DNA from: Candidatus Spongiisociaceae bacterium
GTDB taxonomy: Bacteria; Actinomycetota; Acidimicrobiia; Spongiisociales; Spongiisociaceae
Direction of reading: 5' to 3'
NCBI GenBank assembly: GCA_965219685.1
Contig: CBDCOH010000002.1
Location: 1,184,001 to 1,248,000, forward strand
DNA length: 64,000 nucleotides
Of this stretch, positions 29,170-40,581 are shown one piece after another. Within the stretch, counting starts at the first letter, position 1. Every line of letters starts with the position of its first letter. The notes under the pieces were generated by a model. That model searched no databases. It was given only the letters and a program-made list of their open reading frames with translations, and was not told where the DNA came from. A program made the position numbers and the translations under genes.

Positions 29170-30438
29170 CTAGGCGCTCCTCTCACGACGTTTCTCCACC
29201 TCTCGCAGTGGGAGCAGGTTCGGATTGACCTTCTCCTCCACGACTCGCCGGTCGACGACCACCCGCACGACTTCGGGGCGGGACGGGAGTTCGTACATGG
29301 TGTCGAGCAGGACTTCCTCCAGGATGGCTCTCAGCCCCCGCGCTCCGGTGCCGCGGAGCATCGCCTGGTCGGCGATCGCCTCGATCGCGTCGGGCTCGAA
29401 CACCAACTCGACCTCGTCGAGTTCGAGGATCCTCGCGTACTGCTTGACGAGCGCGTTGCGAGGTTCCTGCAGTATGCGGATCAGGGCTTCGCGATCCAGC
29501 GAGTCGACCGTGGCCACCATCGGGAGCCGGCCGATGAACTCCGGAATGAGCCCGTACTTGATCAGGTCGTCCGGCAGGACCTCCGCCAGCAGATCGTCCT
29601 TGGGGCGTTCGGTTCGTGCTCGGATATCGGCGCCGAATCCGACGATACGGTTGCCCACGCGGCGCCCGATCACCTTCTCGAGGCCCGCGAACGCTCCCCC
29701 ACAGATGAACAGCACGTCGGTCGTGTCGATCTGGATGAACTCCTGGTGAGGGTGCTTTCGACCTCCCTGCGGGGGCACCGAGGCAACGGTCCCCTCAAGG
29801 ATCTTGAGCAAGGCCTGCTGGACTCCCTCACCGGACACGTCACGGGTGATGGAAGGGTTCTCGGCCTTGCGGGCGATCTTGTCTATCTCATCTATGTAGA
29901 CGATGCCCTGCTCGGCGCGCTTGACGTCGTAGTCGGCCGCCTGGATGAGCTTCAGCAGGATGTTCTCCACGTCCTCGCCGACGTATCCCGCTTCCGTGAG
30001 GGCGGTGGCGTCGGCGATCGCGAACGGAACGTTGAGCATGCGGGCCAGTGTCTGCGCGAGGAGCGTCTTACCGCAGCCGGTGGGGCCGATCAGCAGGATG
30101 TTCGACTTGGAGAGTTCCACGTCGTCCTTGCGCGGGGAGGCGGCCCGGACCCGCTTGTAGTGGTTGTAGACCGCCACCGCCAGGGCCTTCTTGGCCCGGT
30201 CCTGGCCGATCACGTAGTCGTCGAGGAAGTCGAACACATCGGCCGGCTTCGGCAGTTCCTTGACCCGCTCGGTGTGGGTGCCGGCGAACTCGTCGTCGAG
30301 GATCTCGGTGCACAGGAGGACGCACTCGTCGCATATGTAGACGCCGGGGCCGGCGATGAGCTTCTTGACCTGCTTCTGGGAGTGGCCGCAGAAGCTGCAC
30401 TTGAGGAGTTCGCTCCCCTCGCCGTACTTGATGGCCAC
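29170..30438 (-). CDS. clpX: ATP-dependent Clp protease ATP-binding subunit ClpX
   Basis: CSFC/ICDEC zinc finger, [35 protein letters not shown]. Confidence 0.98.
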   Translation of the reverse strand: MAIKYGEGSELLKCSFCGHSQKQVKKLIAGPGVYICDECVLLCTEILDDEFAGTHTERVKELPKPADVFDFLDDYVIGQDRAKKALAVAVYNHYKRVRAASPRKDDVELSKSNILLIGPTGCGKTLLAQTLARMLNVPFAIADATALTEAGYVGEDVENILLKLIQAADYDVKRAEQGIVYIDEIDKIARKAENPSITRDVSGEGVQQALLKILEGTVASVPPQGGRKHPHQEFIQIDTTDVLFICGGAFAGLEKVIGRRVGNRIVGFGADIRARTERPKDDLLAEVLPDDLIKYGLIPEFIGRLPMVATVDSLDREALIRILQEPRNALVKQYARILELDEVELVFEPDAIEAIADQAMLRGTGARGLRAILEEVLLDTMYELPSRPEVVRVVVDRRVVEEKVNPNLLPLREVEKRRERSA

Positions 30439-30441
30439 GGC

Positions 30442-31104
30442 CTATATCCCCCCCGGCACCGCGGCCAATTCCCTGCGGCTGAGGACATCGTCGACGATCC
30501 CGTACTCGACCGCTTCATCGGCCAGCATCCAGAAGTCGCGGTCGGTGTCGCTCGCCACCTTCTCGTACCCCTGGCCGGTGTGGCGGGCGAGGATCTGGTT
30601 GAGTTGCTCGCGCATCTGGACGATGAGCCGAGCCTGGATCTCGATATCGGCGGCCTGGCCTCTGGCGCCGCCGTGAGGCTGGTGGAGCATGATGCGGGCA
30701 TGGGGCAGGGCGAAGCGTTTCCCCTTGGTGCCGCCGGCCAGGATCACGGCGGCTGCCGATGCCGCCATCCCCATGCACACCGTGCTGACGTCGGGCTTGA
30801 TGTACTGGATGGTGTCGTAGATGGCGAAGAGGCTGGTGATCTCGCCGCCCGGTGAGTTGATGTAGAGGTTCACGTCACGGTCGGGATCCTCGGACTCCAG
30901 ATGGAGGAGTTGGGCCATCACCAGATTCGCCACCGCGTCGTCGATGGCGGTCCCCAGGAAGATGATCCGGTCCTTGAGGAGGCGGGAGTAGATGTCGAAG
31001 GCCCTCTCGCCCCTGCTGGTCGACTCCACGACCGTCGGGACGAGATAGTTGCTGGGAGGGAGACCGCCGGCGGTGGTCGACTCGGGTGATGGTATGGCGG
31101 TCAC
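30442..31104 (-). CDS. clpP: ATP-dependent Clp protease proteolytic subunit
   Basis: [32 protein letters not shown]. Confidence 0.98.
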   Translation of the reverse strand: MTAIPSPESTTAGGLPPSNYLVPTVVESTSRGERAFDIYSRLLKDRIIFLGTAIDDAVANLVMAQLLHLESEDPDRDVNLYINSPGGEITSLFAIYDTIQYIKPDVSTVCMGMAASAAAVILAGGTKGKRFALPHARIMLHQPHGGARGQAADIEIQARLIVQMREQLNQILARHTGQGYEKVASDTDRDFWMLADEAVEYGIVDDVLSRRELAAVPGGI

Positions 31105-32489
31105 TGGTCTCCTTGCTCGGTCTCGGCTTCCACGACATCGGTCCCGTCAGGGTCCTCGTACCGGAGGTCCACCACGTTCCCGTCGCGGTCGGTTGCTACG
31201 GCGCCGCGCATCAACGTTGCCAGCGCCTTAGAGCGGAGGATATCACCCATCAGGTTCATTTCCTGCACACTCCCTGCCAGCCGCTCGGCGAGTTCGTCGG
31301 CGGTCTCCCCGAGTTCGGACCCAGCCCGCTCGTACGCCTCGCGAAGTTCTGTGTCCTCGACCTCGAGACCGGCGTCCGCAGCTATGGAGTCGAGCAGTAC
31401 CTGACTGCGGATCCGGCCGGTGGCCTGCTCCCGGAGCCGGTCGGCGAGGGTCTCACGATCCTCCTGGGCGGCTTCGAGGTACTCGTCGACGGACATCCCC
31501 CCGTCCTGCAGCCTGGAGTGAAACCGCTCGTACATCCGGGCGGCCGTGGCGTCCCTGACCGCGCCCGGGATGTCAACTTCGATCTCATCCATGAGTTCGG
31601 CCATCACGATGTTCTCGAACCTGGTGCGCAGCACGTTGAGCCGGGTGTCCTCGAGACGCTGGGCGATGTCGTCGCTCAACTCCTCGACGGTGTCGAACTC
31701 TGTGAAGTCGGATGCCCACTCGTCGTCGAGGTCGGGAAGTCGCTTCTCCTTGACCTCCTTGACCAGTACGCGGGCTTCGATCTCCGTGCCGGCTGCAAGT
31801 CCTCCGGCCTCGAAACGCAACCTGGTGTCGAACTGGACGATGTCGCCCGCGGAGGCGCCCACCAGCCGGTCACCGAGGTCCTCGAGGAGGACATCGGACC
31901 CGACCTCGTATAGGAAGTCGGAGACGGACACGGCTTCGAGCGGACGGCCGCCGTAGGAGGAGTGCAGGTCGATGGCCACGTAGTCGCCGCCCGACGCGGC
32001 CCTCTCCACGGTCTCGAGTTCGGCGAACTGGTCGCGGTACTGGTCGAGATGGGCTTGTACGGCGGCCTCGCCGGCCGGCGGGCCCTCATCGTCCAGTTCG
32101 AATTCGCGAGCCCGGTAGGCGGGGGGGCTGTCGAGCATCGGCCAGAGGCTGACCCGCACGTCCACTTCCACGCCTCGGCCCACATCCCGCACCGCGTCCA
32201 CCGAGGGGGTGACCGCCGGCGCCAGGCCCGTGTCCATCAGCGTCGAGGGCAACTGGTCCTCGAGCAAGTCCTCGATGGCGTCGCTCCGGATCCGGTCCTT
32301 CCCGACCACGTTCTCGACCATCCTCCTGGGGGCTCGCCCACGGCGGAACCCGTTGATGTGGACATGCCGGGAGATTCGCCGCGCGGCTCGGGTCTCGGCC
32401 CGATCCAGGGGGGTTCCTTCGAATCTGATGGTGAGTTTACGCTCGAACGGGCTCAGGTCGGTGACGGTGACGGACACAGGACTCCTCAA
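31101..32489 (-). CDS. tig: Trigger factor
   Basis: GFRRGRAP ribosome-binding loop, FKBP-like domain, LPDLDDEW; tig-clpP-clpX order. Confidence 0.93.
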   Translation of the reverse strand: MRSPVSVTVTDLSPFERKLTIRFEGTPLDRAETRAARRISRHVHINGFRRGRAPRRMVENVVGKDRIRSDAIEDLLEDQLPSTLMDTGLAPAVTPSVDAVRDVGRGVEVDVRVSLWPMLDSPPAYRAREFELDDEGPPAGEAAVQAHLDQYRDQFAELETVERAASGGDYVAIDLHSSYGGRPLEAVSVSDFLYEVGSDVLLEDLGDRLVGASAGDIVQFDTRLRFEAGGLAAGTEIEARVLVKEVKEKRLPDLDDEWASDFTEFDTVEELSDDIAQRLEDTRLNVLRTRFENIVMAELMDEIEVDIPGAVRDATAARMYERFHSRLQDGGMSVDEYLEAAQEDRETLADRLREQATGRIRSQVLLDSIAADAGLEVEDTELREAYERAGSELGETADELAERLAGSVQEMNLMGDILRSKALATLMRGAVATDRDGNVVDLRYEDPDGTDVVEAETEQGDQ

Positions 32490-32533
32490 TCATGGCGGCC
32501 AAGGGACCGGGGCGCCGTCCGACGCGGCACCGG

Positions 32534-32609
32534 GGTGACCGAGGGGACTCGAACCCCCGACCTCCTGGACCACAACCAGGCGCTCTAACCAAGCTGAGCT
32601 ACGGTCACC
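32534..32609 (-). tRNA. tRNA-His(GTG)
   Basis: G-1 GGTGACCG...CCTGG TTGTGGT CCAGG...GGTTCGAGTCC...CGGTCACC. Confidence 0.97.
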
Positions 32610-32665
32610 ATGCTGTGCGGATCGGCCTGCCCGGGCTCGATGAGCGTTAAACGGCCATCGAGGCG

Positions 32666-32738
32666 CGCCCCCGGAAGGATTCGAACCTCCGACCAAGAGC
32701 TTAGAAGGCTCCTGCTCTGTCCTCTGAGCTACGGGGGC
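32666..32738 (-). tRNA. tRNA-Arg(TCT)
   Basis: GCCCCCGTAGCTCAG...GGAGC CTTCTAA GCTCT...GGTTCGAATCC. Confidence 0.96.
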
Positions 32739-32787
32739 TCAACGCCGACCTCTGTGGTCTCGGCGGTGGGACAGGGCGTCCCCGCGG

Positions 32788-32858
<71 letters not shown>

Positions 32859-33056
32859 CGGTCCGTCCCATATTACATCGGCCCCGGACCTGTCAGAACC
32901 CTCGTGCGTCGCGCGGTCGTCCCATGCGTGCGGGCGTCACCTGCCGCGGCGCCGGGCGAGCCGTAGCCGGGATCGGTCGACCTCCGGATGCGGGGGAAAT
33001 CACCGGTTTCGGGACTCGCTCGGTATACGCTGCAGTTCGTAGACCTAGGGGGCCGG

Positions 33057-33130
33057 TCGGGCTGGTCGGATTCGAACCGACGACCTCCTGCTCCCAAAGC
33101 AGGCGCGCTGCCAAGCTGCGCCACAGCCCG
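33057..33130 (-). tRNA. tRNA-Pro(TGG)
   Basis: CGGGCTGTGGCGCAGCTTGG...CCTGC TTTGGGA GCAGG...GGTTCGAATCC. Confidence 0.97.
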
Positions 33131-33249
33131 TAGGGCGCATTCTAGGAGGGTGCTGAAATGATTCCGGCAGGGTTTGCTTGCTGTCGAGCACCTGGTGCGC
33201 ATGGTGCTGCCTGGCGGGGAACCGCTCTGTACGGGTTTATTGGCCGGTG

Positions 33250-34887
33250 ATGAGGATGATTGCCCGACGACCCTTCCTACCGGTCGCGGTGGGTCTGCTG
33301 GTCTTGCTGTCCTGCTCCAGCGCCGCGGTCTCGGATGAGGATGCCACCACTGCGACAACCGCCCTGCCCGCCACCGAGGCGTCAACGACTACCGCCACCG
33401 AGGCGCCCACGACTATCGCCACCGAGCCTCCTACGACCGGCGCCGAGGCATCCACGACCAGCCTAGAGGTATCCCTGACGACCACCACCATTCCCACCAC
33501 CACCACGACCACGACGCCACCCCGCGACTGCGCGCCTTCGGTGCCGCCCGACCTCCGCGTGCCGGCGGGCGATCCGGTAGCGGGCGCGGTCGCGCTGTCG
33601 AGAGCGATCTATGAGTGCGCCGCCCAGGTCGGGCTGGCCCCGGTATCGGACGTGCAGGCGGCGGCAACCCTGGCAGCCGCAGGTCTCGACGGTCCGTTGC
33701 TCCTGGTGGGCGACTGGTTCATGGGTTTCCTGATGACCGAACTGCGGCGCTTGGCGCCTGACACCGTGCTCGTGGCCGGTCTCGACGAGGACATCGGGCA
33801 GGCCCTTTTCGAATACGACGTGCGGTTCCTGGAGGTCAACCCGGACGCGGTTCTCATCGGTCCTGCCCCGGAGTCGGAGGAGGTCTGGCTGCTCGATCCG
33901 GACACGGCTGTGGGTCCGGTGGCGATCCTGGCCGCCAACCTCGGAGTCGGTCTGATTGTCGCCGAGCCAGACTTCCGCGCCCTCCCCGCAGAGACCCGGC
34001 AGTTGATCGCCGGGGCCGGGGAGTTGCGCCTGATGTCGCACTTCGACCCGGAGACGGCCTGGCAGTTGGATGTGGTCCGGCGCGGCGACGAGATACCGGG
34101 CGGCGGGCTGCTGATGTTCGGCGAGGATTTCTCGAGGCGCCTGATCGCCATCTACGGGCACCCCGTGACATCGGCGCTGGGGGTCCTGGGAGAACAGGGT
34201 CCCGAAGAGGGGGTGGAGAGGCTCGCTGAGATAGCCTCCGGCTACGAGGCGGACGGCGCCCTGATCCTCCCCACCTTCGAGATCATCGCCACGGTTGCGT
34301 CCGCAGGGGCCGGGAGGGACGGCGACTACTCGGGCGAGACCGACCAGGACGTGATTCGCCCCTGGATAGAGACTGCGGCGGCCAACGGTGTCTACGTAGT
34401 GCTGGACCTTCAGCCCGGCCGAACCCACTTCCTCACCCAGGCCAAGTACTACGAGGAGTTCCTGCGCCTGCCCCATGTGGGCCTGGCCCTCGACCCCGAG
34501 TGGCGGCTCAGGCCCAACGAGGTCCACCTGCGCCAGATAGGAACCGTAGACGCCGAGGAGATCAACGAGGTGGTGGCGTGGCTGGCCGGAATCGTGCGGG
34601 AGGAGAACCTGCCGCAGAAGCTGCTGATTGTCCACCAGTTCCGGTTCTCCATGATCACCAACCGGGAGTTGATCGAGACACCCCCGGAGTTGGCAGTGGT
34701 GATACAGATGGACGGCCAGGGCAGTCTGGGGGCCAAGTACAACACGTGGAACGTGCTTACGAAGGGCACCGAGGAGCGTGGCTTCCGCTGGGGTTGGAAG
34801 AACTTCTACGACGAGGACTCCCCCACGGCGACGCCCGAGCAGGTCCTTGAACTCACCCCCGTGCCAGTCTTCGTCTCGTTCCAGTAA
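33250..34887 (+). CDS. Putative lipoprotein: Thr-rich linker, central domain, conserved actinobacterial C-terminal domain of unknown function
   Basis: Lipobox LLSC after hydrophobic stretch; T/A/P/E-rich linker; IAIYGHP, LDLQPGR, LALDPEW, MDGQG, GWKNFYDED motifs. Confidence 0.75.
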   Translation: MRMIARRPFLPVAVGLLVLLSCSSAAVSDEDATTATTALPATEASTTTATEAPTTIATEPPTTGAEASTTSLEVSLTTTTIPTTTTTTTPPRDCAPSVPPDLRVPAGDPVAGAVALSRAIYECAAQVGLAPVSDVQAAATLAAAGLDGPLLLVGDWFMGFLMTELRRLAPDTVLVAGLDEDIGQALFEYDVRFLEVNPDAVLIGPAPESEEVWLLDPDTAVGPVAILAANLGVGLIVAEPDFRALPAETRQLIAGAGELRLMSHFDPETAWQLDVVRRGDEIPGGGLLMFGEDFSRRLIAIYGHPVTSALGVLGEQGPEEGVERLAEIASGYEADGALILPTFEIIATVASAGAGRDGDYSGETDQDVIRPWIETAAANGVYVVLDLQPGRTHFLTQAKYYEEFLRLPHVGLALDPEWRLRPNEVHLRQIGTVDAEEINEVVAWLAGIVREENLPQKLLIVHQFRFSMITNRELIETPPELAVVIQMDGQGSLGAKYNTWNVLTKGTEERGFRWGWKNFYDEDSPTATPEQVLELTPVPVFVSFQ

Positions 34888-34931
34888 GACCGCCCGGTCG
34901 GTGGTGAGTGGCCGAAAAGGCCCAGGCCCTG

Positions 34932-35013
34932 TGCGGGTGGAGGGACTCGAACCCCCACGGGCTGTGCCCACCAGGACCTAAACCTGGCGCGTCTACCATT
35001 CCGCCACACCCGC
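34932..35013 (-). tRNA. tRNA-Leu(TAG)
   Basis: GCGGGTGTGGCGGAATGGTAGACGCG-CCAGG TTTAGGT CCTGG-long variable arm-GGTTCGAGTCC. Confidence 0.97.
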
Positions 35014-35081
35014 ATGTCAGTTCAGTTGCCAGGCTGACCTTTGGCATTCTATCGACGCGTATCGGGGCCGGTGGCCGGCTG

Positions 35082-37322
35082 TCAGGCTTGCTCGTCGGGT
35101 CCGGTCGCCGAGTACCGGGACACGATGTCGGGTATGGCGACCACGACCATGGGAATCGTTACATGTTTGAGGACGTGGGACATGTTGTACCCGAAGAAGG
35201 GCCGTCTGCTGAGCGGGCGGTTGGTGGCGCCCATCACCAGTAGATCCCAGCCTCCGGTGTTGGCCGCCCTCACCAGGTCCCCCGCGGGTTGTGAGGCCGG
35301 CTTGACGTCGGCGTTCACCCTCGCCCCGAGGCGCTCCCCGAAGGCCACCGATTCCTCCACCAACTCAAGGCCCGCCCTCTGATTCGGGGTGCCGGTCAAC
35401 ATGTCCACGTGGAAGCGTCCTTCGGCCGACTCGGCGACCAGGTGCAGGGCGAGCACCGACCCGTCGCTGTGAGCGGCCAGGGAATAGGCGACCTCCTCGG
35501 CGGCGCGGGAGGCCCGGTTCGACTCCACAGACAGCAGCACGCTGTTCACATCGAGGGAGGCGGCGCCGGTGACCAAGCCATGTTCGTCGGGAGTCGGGTA
35601 GCGGAAGATTAGGGTCGGCAATTCCAGTCTGGCCAGCACCCGGTCGATCACCGATGAGAAGACCTCGCTCTCGTCAGCAGGCTCCGTGGCTCCCAGAACC
35701 ACCAGGTCGTAACCGAGCGCGGCCTCCTGGATGATCGCTTCTGCGGGGTCCGACCGTCGGCGATTGATCAACCGGTGCCGTTCCGACCCGAGCGTCCGGA
35801 CCACTTCGTCGGGACCCGCGTCCTCCTGGATGCCCATCCCGGTCATCCGTCTCCGCCAGTCGCCGCGCGCGGCGACCACTGCCAGCACCGTGACCTCGGC
35901 GTCCGGGAACAGGTTCTTGACCTGGTTGGCCGCGTACACGCTGTTGGCCCCTCCCCGGGTGGGGAGGAGGATCCGCCTCGATCCCAGTATCTGTGCCTGG
36001 GATCGGATGGCCTCCGACTCGAGCCGCGAGCGCTCCTCCTCCGCCGCTTCCATCCCCCGCACCGCCGCCTTCAGCATGATCGGAGCGACGAGCGAGGTGA
36101 CGATCGCAGCCAGGACTATGACGGTGTACCCGGTGTCGCTCAGGACCCCGAGGCTCAGGCCCACCAAGGCGACCACGATTCCCATCGCGCCCAGCGCCGA
36201 CAGGCCCGACCCCAGGGCCAGGCTCTCGCGGAAACCGAGACCGGAGCGACGGGCGGCCACCAGGGTTCCGAACACCTTGGCGGCCACCGCCAGCACGATG
36301 AGCACCACCGTCCAGATCACGGCGCTGGGACTGGCAAGTAGCGAGATGTCCACCCGAAGGCCGCTGAAGGCGAAGAAGATGGGGGCGAAGAACGAGTCGG
36401 TCACCGTTTCGAGGACATGCCGCACGGCACCGAGTTGATACCGCAGGGTCGCGAGGATGATCCCCACGATGAAGGCTCCGAGGATGGCCTCGAGACCCAG
36501 GACGTGGGTCACGGCGCCGCCTACCAGAGCGGCCACCAGGCTGACCGTGAGGCCTGCCCGCACGTTCCTTCCCTGCCGCAGCGCGAGGCGCATCGCCTGG
36601 TTGAGTATCCAGCGCCCCAGGGTGGCTGCCAACGCCACGAACAGGACCAGGCCTCCGAGGGATGTGAGCAGGTCCGAGGGACTGAAGCCCTCTCGGGCCA
36701 TCCCGGCCAGCCCGGCGAGGATCAACCACCCCGCCGAGTCCATAGTCATGCTCACGGCCAGGGTCACCTGGCCGAAGTTGCGCCGCAACAATCCGAGGTC
36801 GAGCAGTATCTTGGCGACGACCGGAAGGGCTGCCACCGACAGGGCCAGCGCCATGAATGCGGCGTACAGACCCCTACTCGCATCCCCGATGAACGAAGAA
36901 GGTGTCAGAAGGGCGACCAGCCCCACGACCAAGAACGGCGCCAGGAACGCTCCGGCGGAGACGTTGACGGCGGCCCGCCGGAGGCGCATGATGATCCCGA
37001 GGTCGGTCTCGTAGCCGATCACCACCAGCACCATGATCACGGCCAGCCATGCCAGGCCGTACACCGCTGAGCCGACCGTCCCGTCGGAGAAGAGCCACTC
37101 GAAGGTGTCCGGATACAACTGGCCCAACACGCTGGGGCCGATCAGCACCCCGGCGATGATCTGGCCGACCACCGCGGGCTGGCGCAGCTTGTTGGCGATA
37201 CCGCCGACGAGGCGGGCGGCGCCCACCAGCAGCGCCAACTGGACGAGAAAGACCAGCAACTGGTGCTCGTCGAGAAGAGAGAATCCCCCCGGCTCAGTCG
37301 CCGCAAGAACAGGAACCACCAT
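35082..37322 (-). CDS. Cation:proton antiporter (CPA2) fused to two universal-stress-protein domains
   Basis: QPAVVGQIIAGVLIGPSVLG, ~12 TM helices, then ILLPTRGG..YDLVVLGA and DLLVMGA USP-like domains; start approximate. Confidence 0.88.
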   Translation of the reverse strand: MVVPVLAATEPGGFSLLDEHQLLVFLVQLALLVGAARLVGGIANKLRQPAVVGQIIAGVLIGPSVLGQLYPDTFEWLFSDGTVGSAVYGLAWLAVIMVLVVIGYETDLGIIMRLRRAAVNVSAGAFLAPFLVVGLVALLTPSSFIGDASRGLYAAFMALALSVAALPVVAKILLDLGLLRRNFGQVTLAVSMTMDSAGWLILAGLAGMAREGFSPSDLLTSLGGLVLFVALAATLGRWILNQAMRLALRQGRNVRAGLTVSLVAALVGGAVTHVLGLEAILGAFIVGIILATLRYQLGAVRHVLETVTDSFFAPIFFAFSGLRVDISLLASPSAVIWTVVLIVLAVAAKVFGTLVAARRSGLGFRESLALGSGLSALGAMGIVVALVGLSLGVLSDTGYTVIVLAAIVTSLVAPIMLKAAVRGMEAAEEERSRLESEAIRSQAQILGSRRILLPTRGGANSVYAANQVKNLFPDAEVTVLAVVAARGDWRRRMTGMGIQEDAGPDEVVRTLGSERHRLINRRRSDPAEAIIQEAALGYDLVVLGATEPADESEVFSSVIDRVLARLELPTLIFRYPTPDEHGLVTGAASLDVNSVLLSVESNRASRAAEEVAYSLAAHSDGSVLALHLVAESAEGRFHVDMLTGTPNQRAGLELVEESVAFGERLGARVNADVKPASQPAGDLVRAANTGGWDLLVMGATNRPLSRRPFFGYNMSHVLKHVTIPMVVVAIPDIVSRYSATGPDEQA

Positions 37323-37363
37323 CCGGCCAACAATACAGCGTCCGTCCCGAACCATCGCGCATC

Positions 37364-37398
37364 ATTGGTGATTGGTGATTGGTGATTGGTGATTGGTT
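37364..37398. repeat. (ATTGGTG)x5 heptamer tandem repeat
   Basis: Read directly; last unit is ATTGGTT. Confidence 0.92.
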
Positions 37399-37473
37399 GT
37401 CCGTTGACCGTGAGGCGGTAGATGTCCGCTGACCGCCTAAGTCATGGCACAGGTGCGGTGGCTTGTTCCGGGA

Positions 37474-39708
37474 TCAAGCTTCCCCTGCGTTCGGTGCGCT
37501 GATCCGCGAGGGCCACCAATTCCAACGGCCTATCAGGGACACCAACGACGGGACTATCAGGGTCCGGGTGACGAACGTGTCCATCAGCACTCCGATCGCG
37601 ACCCCGAACCCGAGCTGCAGGAGGTCCTGCAGGGGCAGGGTCATCAGCGCGGAGAAGGTGCCGGCGAGGATGAGTCCTGCCGAGGTGATGACCGGTCCGG
37701 TGCGCGCCAATGCATAGTGGGTCGCCTCCCGGAGCGGAGTTCTCCTCGCCTCCTCCCGGATACGCGACATCAGGTAGATGTTGTAGTCGACGCTCAACGC
37801 GTTGAGGAACACGAAGAGGAAGAACGGGACCGACGGACCGATCCCGGCGTGGCCCGCGAGTACGACGAACGCCACCACCACGAGGCCGAGAGTGGCGAAG
37901 TAGGTGAACGCGATCGTGGCCATCAGGTATAGGGGTGCGATAAGGGAACGCAGCAGCAATGCGAGGACCACGCCGATGGCCAGCAGGATCAGCGGGAGCA
38001 CCACTCGTGAGTCCCGACCGCCCGCCGTCCTCGTGTCGTATCCCTCCGCCGTGTCCCCTCCTATCAGCACGCTCCCCGCGGGCAGACCCAGCTCCGTGGC
38101 TTCCTGGCGGGCGAGGGCGCGCAACTCGGGCACCAGATCGAGGGCTTCTCCGGCGAGAGGTTCGCCTTCGAGGACTATGTCGATACGGCCCGCACCCCCA
38201 TCGGCTGAGACGAACCGCTGCACCAATGCCGGCGGCAGCAGGGAGGCGTCGGGTCCCCCGGCTCCGACGGGCCTGCTCGGACCGGAGGCGTCGGCGACGG
38301 CGGCGTGGCCGGCGAGTGCGAGTGTGAGGGCATCGAACACCTCGACCGAGTCAGGATCGAGAGCGTCGGCGCCCGGAGGCAACGAAACGTAGAGTTGCAT
38401 GGGAGAAAGCTCGCCGGCAGGGAAACCGCCTCGCAGCAACTCGAAGCTGCGGACGGACTCCGCATTGCCCGGCAGGCTCTCGAGTTGGTCGTAGTTCTCA
38501 CGGTATGGCAGCAGCCCTGCGACCAGCACCGCGAGGGCCGCCCCTGTAACGGCGAGAGTCACGCCCGGCCTCCTCAGCACGACCGCGCCGACCCTGCCGT
38601 AGACGCTGCGCCGCCAGTCAGCCTGCGGCGCCGACCCGGTATCAAGCCGGGGCTGCCAGGGCCAGAAGGCGCGCCTGCCGAAGATGGTCAGCACCGCCGG
38701 GACGAGCGTCACGGCGGCCAGCATCATCAGTGCCACGGACAGAGCGATGACGGGCCCGAGAGCCTGGTAGGACCGCAGCGTCGCGAGGCCCAGCGCAGCG
38801 CAGGCGACCAGGATCGTCGCCCCCGCCGACGCCACGGCGCCACCGACCCCGCGCATGGTGACTCTCATCGCCTCGTGGCGGTCGGCGTGGCGGGTCAACT
38901 CCTCGCGGAAACGCGCCGAGACGAACAACACGTAGTCGGTTCCGGTGCCGAACAGAACCACTGTCATGATGCCGGTCGTCTGTCCGGAGATCGGTATCCC
39001 GTAACGCAGCGCGTACCAGGCCGCTATGGCTCCGGCCATCTGGAAGACCAGTCCCACGCCCAGCAACGGGATAGCGGCCATGATCGGGGAGCGGTAGATG
39101 ATGATAAGGAGCACCAGCACCAGCAGGACCGTCACCAGGAGGAGCAGGGTGTCGATCTGTGCGAACACGCCCACCAGGTCGACGATGAGTCCGCCGGGTC
39201 CGCCCGCGGCTATCTCGACGCCCCGGAGACCGAACGACGCCGATCGGTCCCTGATGGACTCGACCGTGTCGCGAAAGGCCGGGTCGGCCGGCTCGCCGCC
39301 GACTTCCACGAACACGTACATGGTGGTGCCGTCAGGAGACACCAGCCCGGTGCGCTGCCCGGTCGCAGCGTCGGGACTGAGGACCTGCCCCACGTTCCCG
39401 GGAGCCGAGGGGCCGGTCAGCCAGGCCGCCAACTCGGCCGCAGCCCCGTAGGCGTCAGGCCCGAGCCCCTCGGGCTGCCGGAACACCACCAACATCGGAG
39501 TCCCAGTCGCCGGGAACCGCTCCTGGGCGAAGCGGAACGCCCGGGTGGCCTCGGCGTCCCTGGGCAGGAACAGCGCCTGCTCGTTCTCGTTGGCATCCGC
39601 CAGCATGGGCAACTGCGAGATCAACGAGCCCGCAGCGATCAGCCACACCACGAGGGTCACCCACTTGCCGCGGCGACTCGATACGAAGTCGGTGAGGGGG
39701 GCGAGCAC
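37474..39708 (-). CDS. MMPL/RND family transporter
   Basis: GTGTDYVLFVSARFREEL, LSVDYNIYLMSRIREE, TGPVITSAGLILAGTF. Confidence 0.93.
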   Translation of the reverse strand: MLAPLTDFVSSRRGKWVTLVVWLIAAGSLISQLPMLADANENEQALFLPRDAEATRAFRFAQERFPATGTPMLVVFRQPEGLGPDAYGAAAELAAWLTGPSAPGNVGQVLSPDAATGQRTGLVSPDGTTMYVFVEVGGEPADPAFRDTVESIRDRSASFGLRGVEIAAGGPGGLIVDLVGVFAQIDTLLLLVTVLLVLVLLIIIYRSPIMAAIPLLGVGLVFQMAGAIAAWYALRYGIPISGQTTGIMTVVLFGTGTDYVLFVSARFREELTRHADRHEAMRVTMRGVGGAVASAGATILVACAALGLATLRSYQALGPVIALSVALMMLAAVTLVPAVLTIFGRRAFWPWQPRLDTGSAPQADWRRSVYGRVGAVVLRRPGVTLAVTGAALAVLVAGLLPYRENYDQLESLPGNAESVRSFELLRGGFPAGELSPMQLYVSLPPGADALDPDSVEVFDALTLALAGHAAVADASGPSRPVGAGGPDASLLPPALVQRFVSADGGAGRIDIVLEGEPLAGEALDLVPELRALARQEATELGLPAGSVLIGGDTAEGYDTRTAGGRDSRVVLPLILLAIGVVLALLLRSLIAPLYLMATIAFTYFATLGLVVVAFVVLAGHAGIGPSVPFFLFVFLNALSVDYNIYLMSRIREEARRTPLREATHYALARTGPVITSAGLILAGTFSALMTLPLQDLLQLGFGVAIGVLMDTFVTRTLIVPSLVSLIGRWNWWPSRISAPNAGEA

Positions 39709-39978
39709 TACCCGAAGACCCTAGCCAGTTCCGGCGGTAGTGCTGCAGAGCGCGGTGCCCCGCGAAGAACCAGGTGGATCGCCGACGACTCGGGCTCGGG
39801 CCGCGAAACTCCTTGGTACGCCGCATCCGGCGAGCGCCGGCAGCGCCGAGTTATATGCCCCCGAACCTCTGGCCGTCTCCTCCAAGTGAATGGCCACTCC
39901 CACCGACTACCGCTCCCAGTCTTTGAAAGTACTTGAGAGACTCGGCCCGCCGCCGACGGCGGTTACCCGCCGACGGTC

Positions 39979-40146
39979 TCACCAGCCCCGGCGATTCCGT
40001 TTGAGAGGGTATCGGAGTGGGGAGTGCAGGCGGCAGTGGTCGGTCGGGTTGTAGATGGACAGGCGGGCCGAGCAGTTCTCGGTGGCACAGCGCCGGCCGG
40101 GCGGATATGTGGGTGGTGGGCGCCCTTGGGGGCGGACTCTGCTCAT
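39979..40146 (-). CDS. Small Cys/His-rich hypothetical protein (55 aa, possible zinc binding)
   Basis: GRRCATENCSARLSIYNPTDHCRLH (C-x4-C...C-x2-H); TACCCT -10-like element 9 nt upstream. Confidence 0.6.
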   Translation of the reverse strand: MSRVRPQGRPPPTYPPGRRCATENCSARLSIYNPTDHCRLHSPLRYPLKRNRRGW

Positions 40147-40581
40147 AGGGGGCTCAGGGTACCCGTTTGTCCAGGTGGGTGGGTGGGTGTGATCGAAGGC
40201 ATGCATTCGATGTTACATGGTTGGTTGGAGATGTCTCGATCGGAGATCCCGCGGGGCGTGTCCGGCAGTCGACTGATTCCGTCGGCGGTGTCACGTTGCG
40301 GCGACTTGCTCAAGAAGGTCACGTCGCTTGCAATCTCGGGCGCCGACTCGGTGATTCCGCTTGTGGCATCACGATCGGCGTGGACTAGCCCGTCAGGTTT
40401 CCGCGGCTCCCGCCTGGATTCGTGAGTTGTCGGCTGAGCCAGTCTCTGGACGCCGGACAGACGTAACTGGTGGTCGCGGCGAGGAGTGTTACTGACGTTT
40501 CGTGACCAGGCGTTCACGGTAGCGGTGGAGGTGGGTCCGGCGACTCAGCAGATCCGATAGGCGACCAGTTGGACGCCCGAT

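Noticed and set aside
33340-33520. ACC-rich low-complexity stretch
   Set aside because: Encodes an ordinary Thr-rich lipoprotein linker
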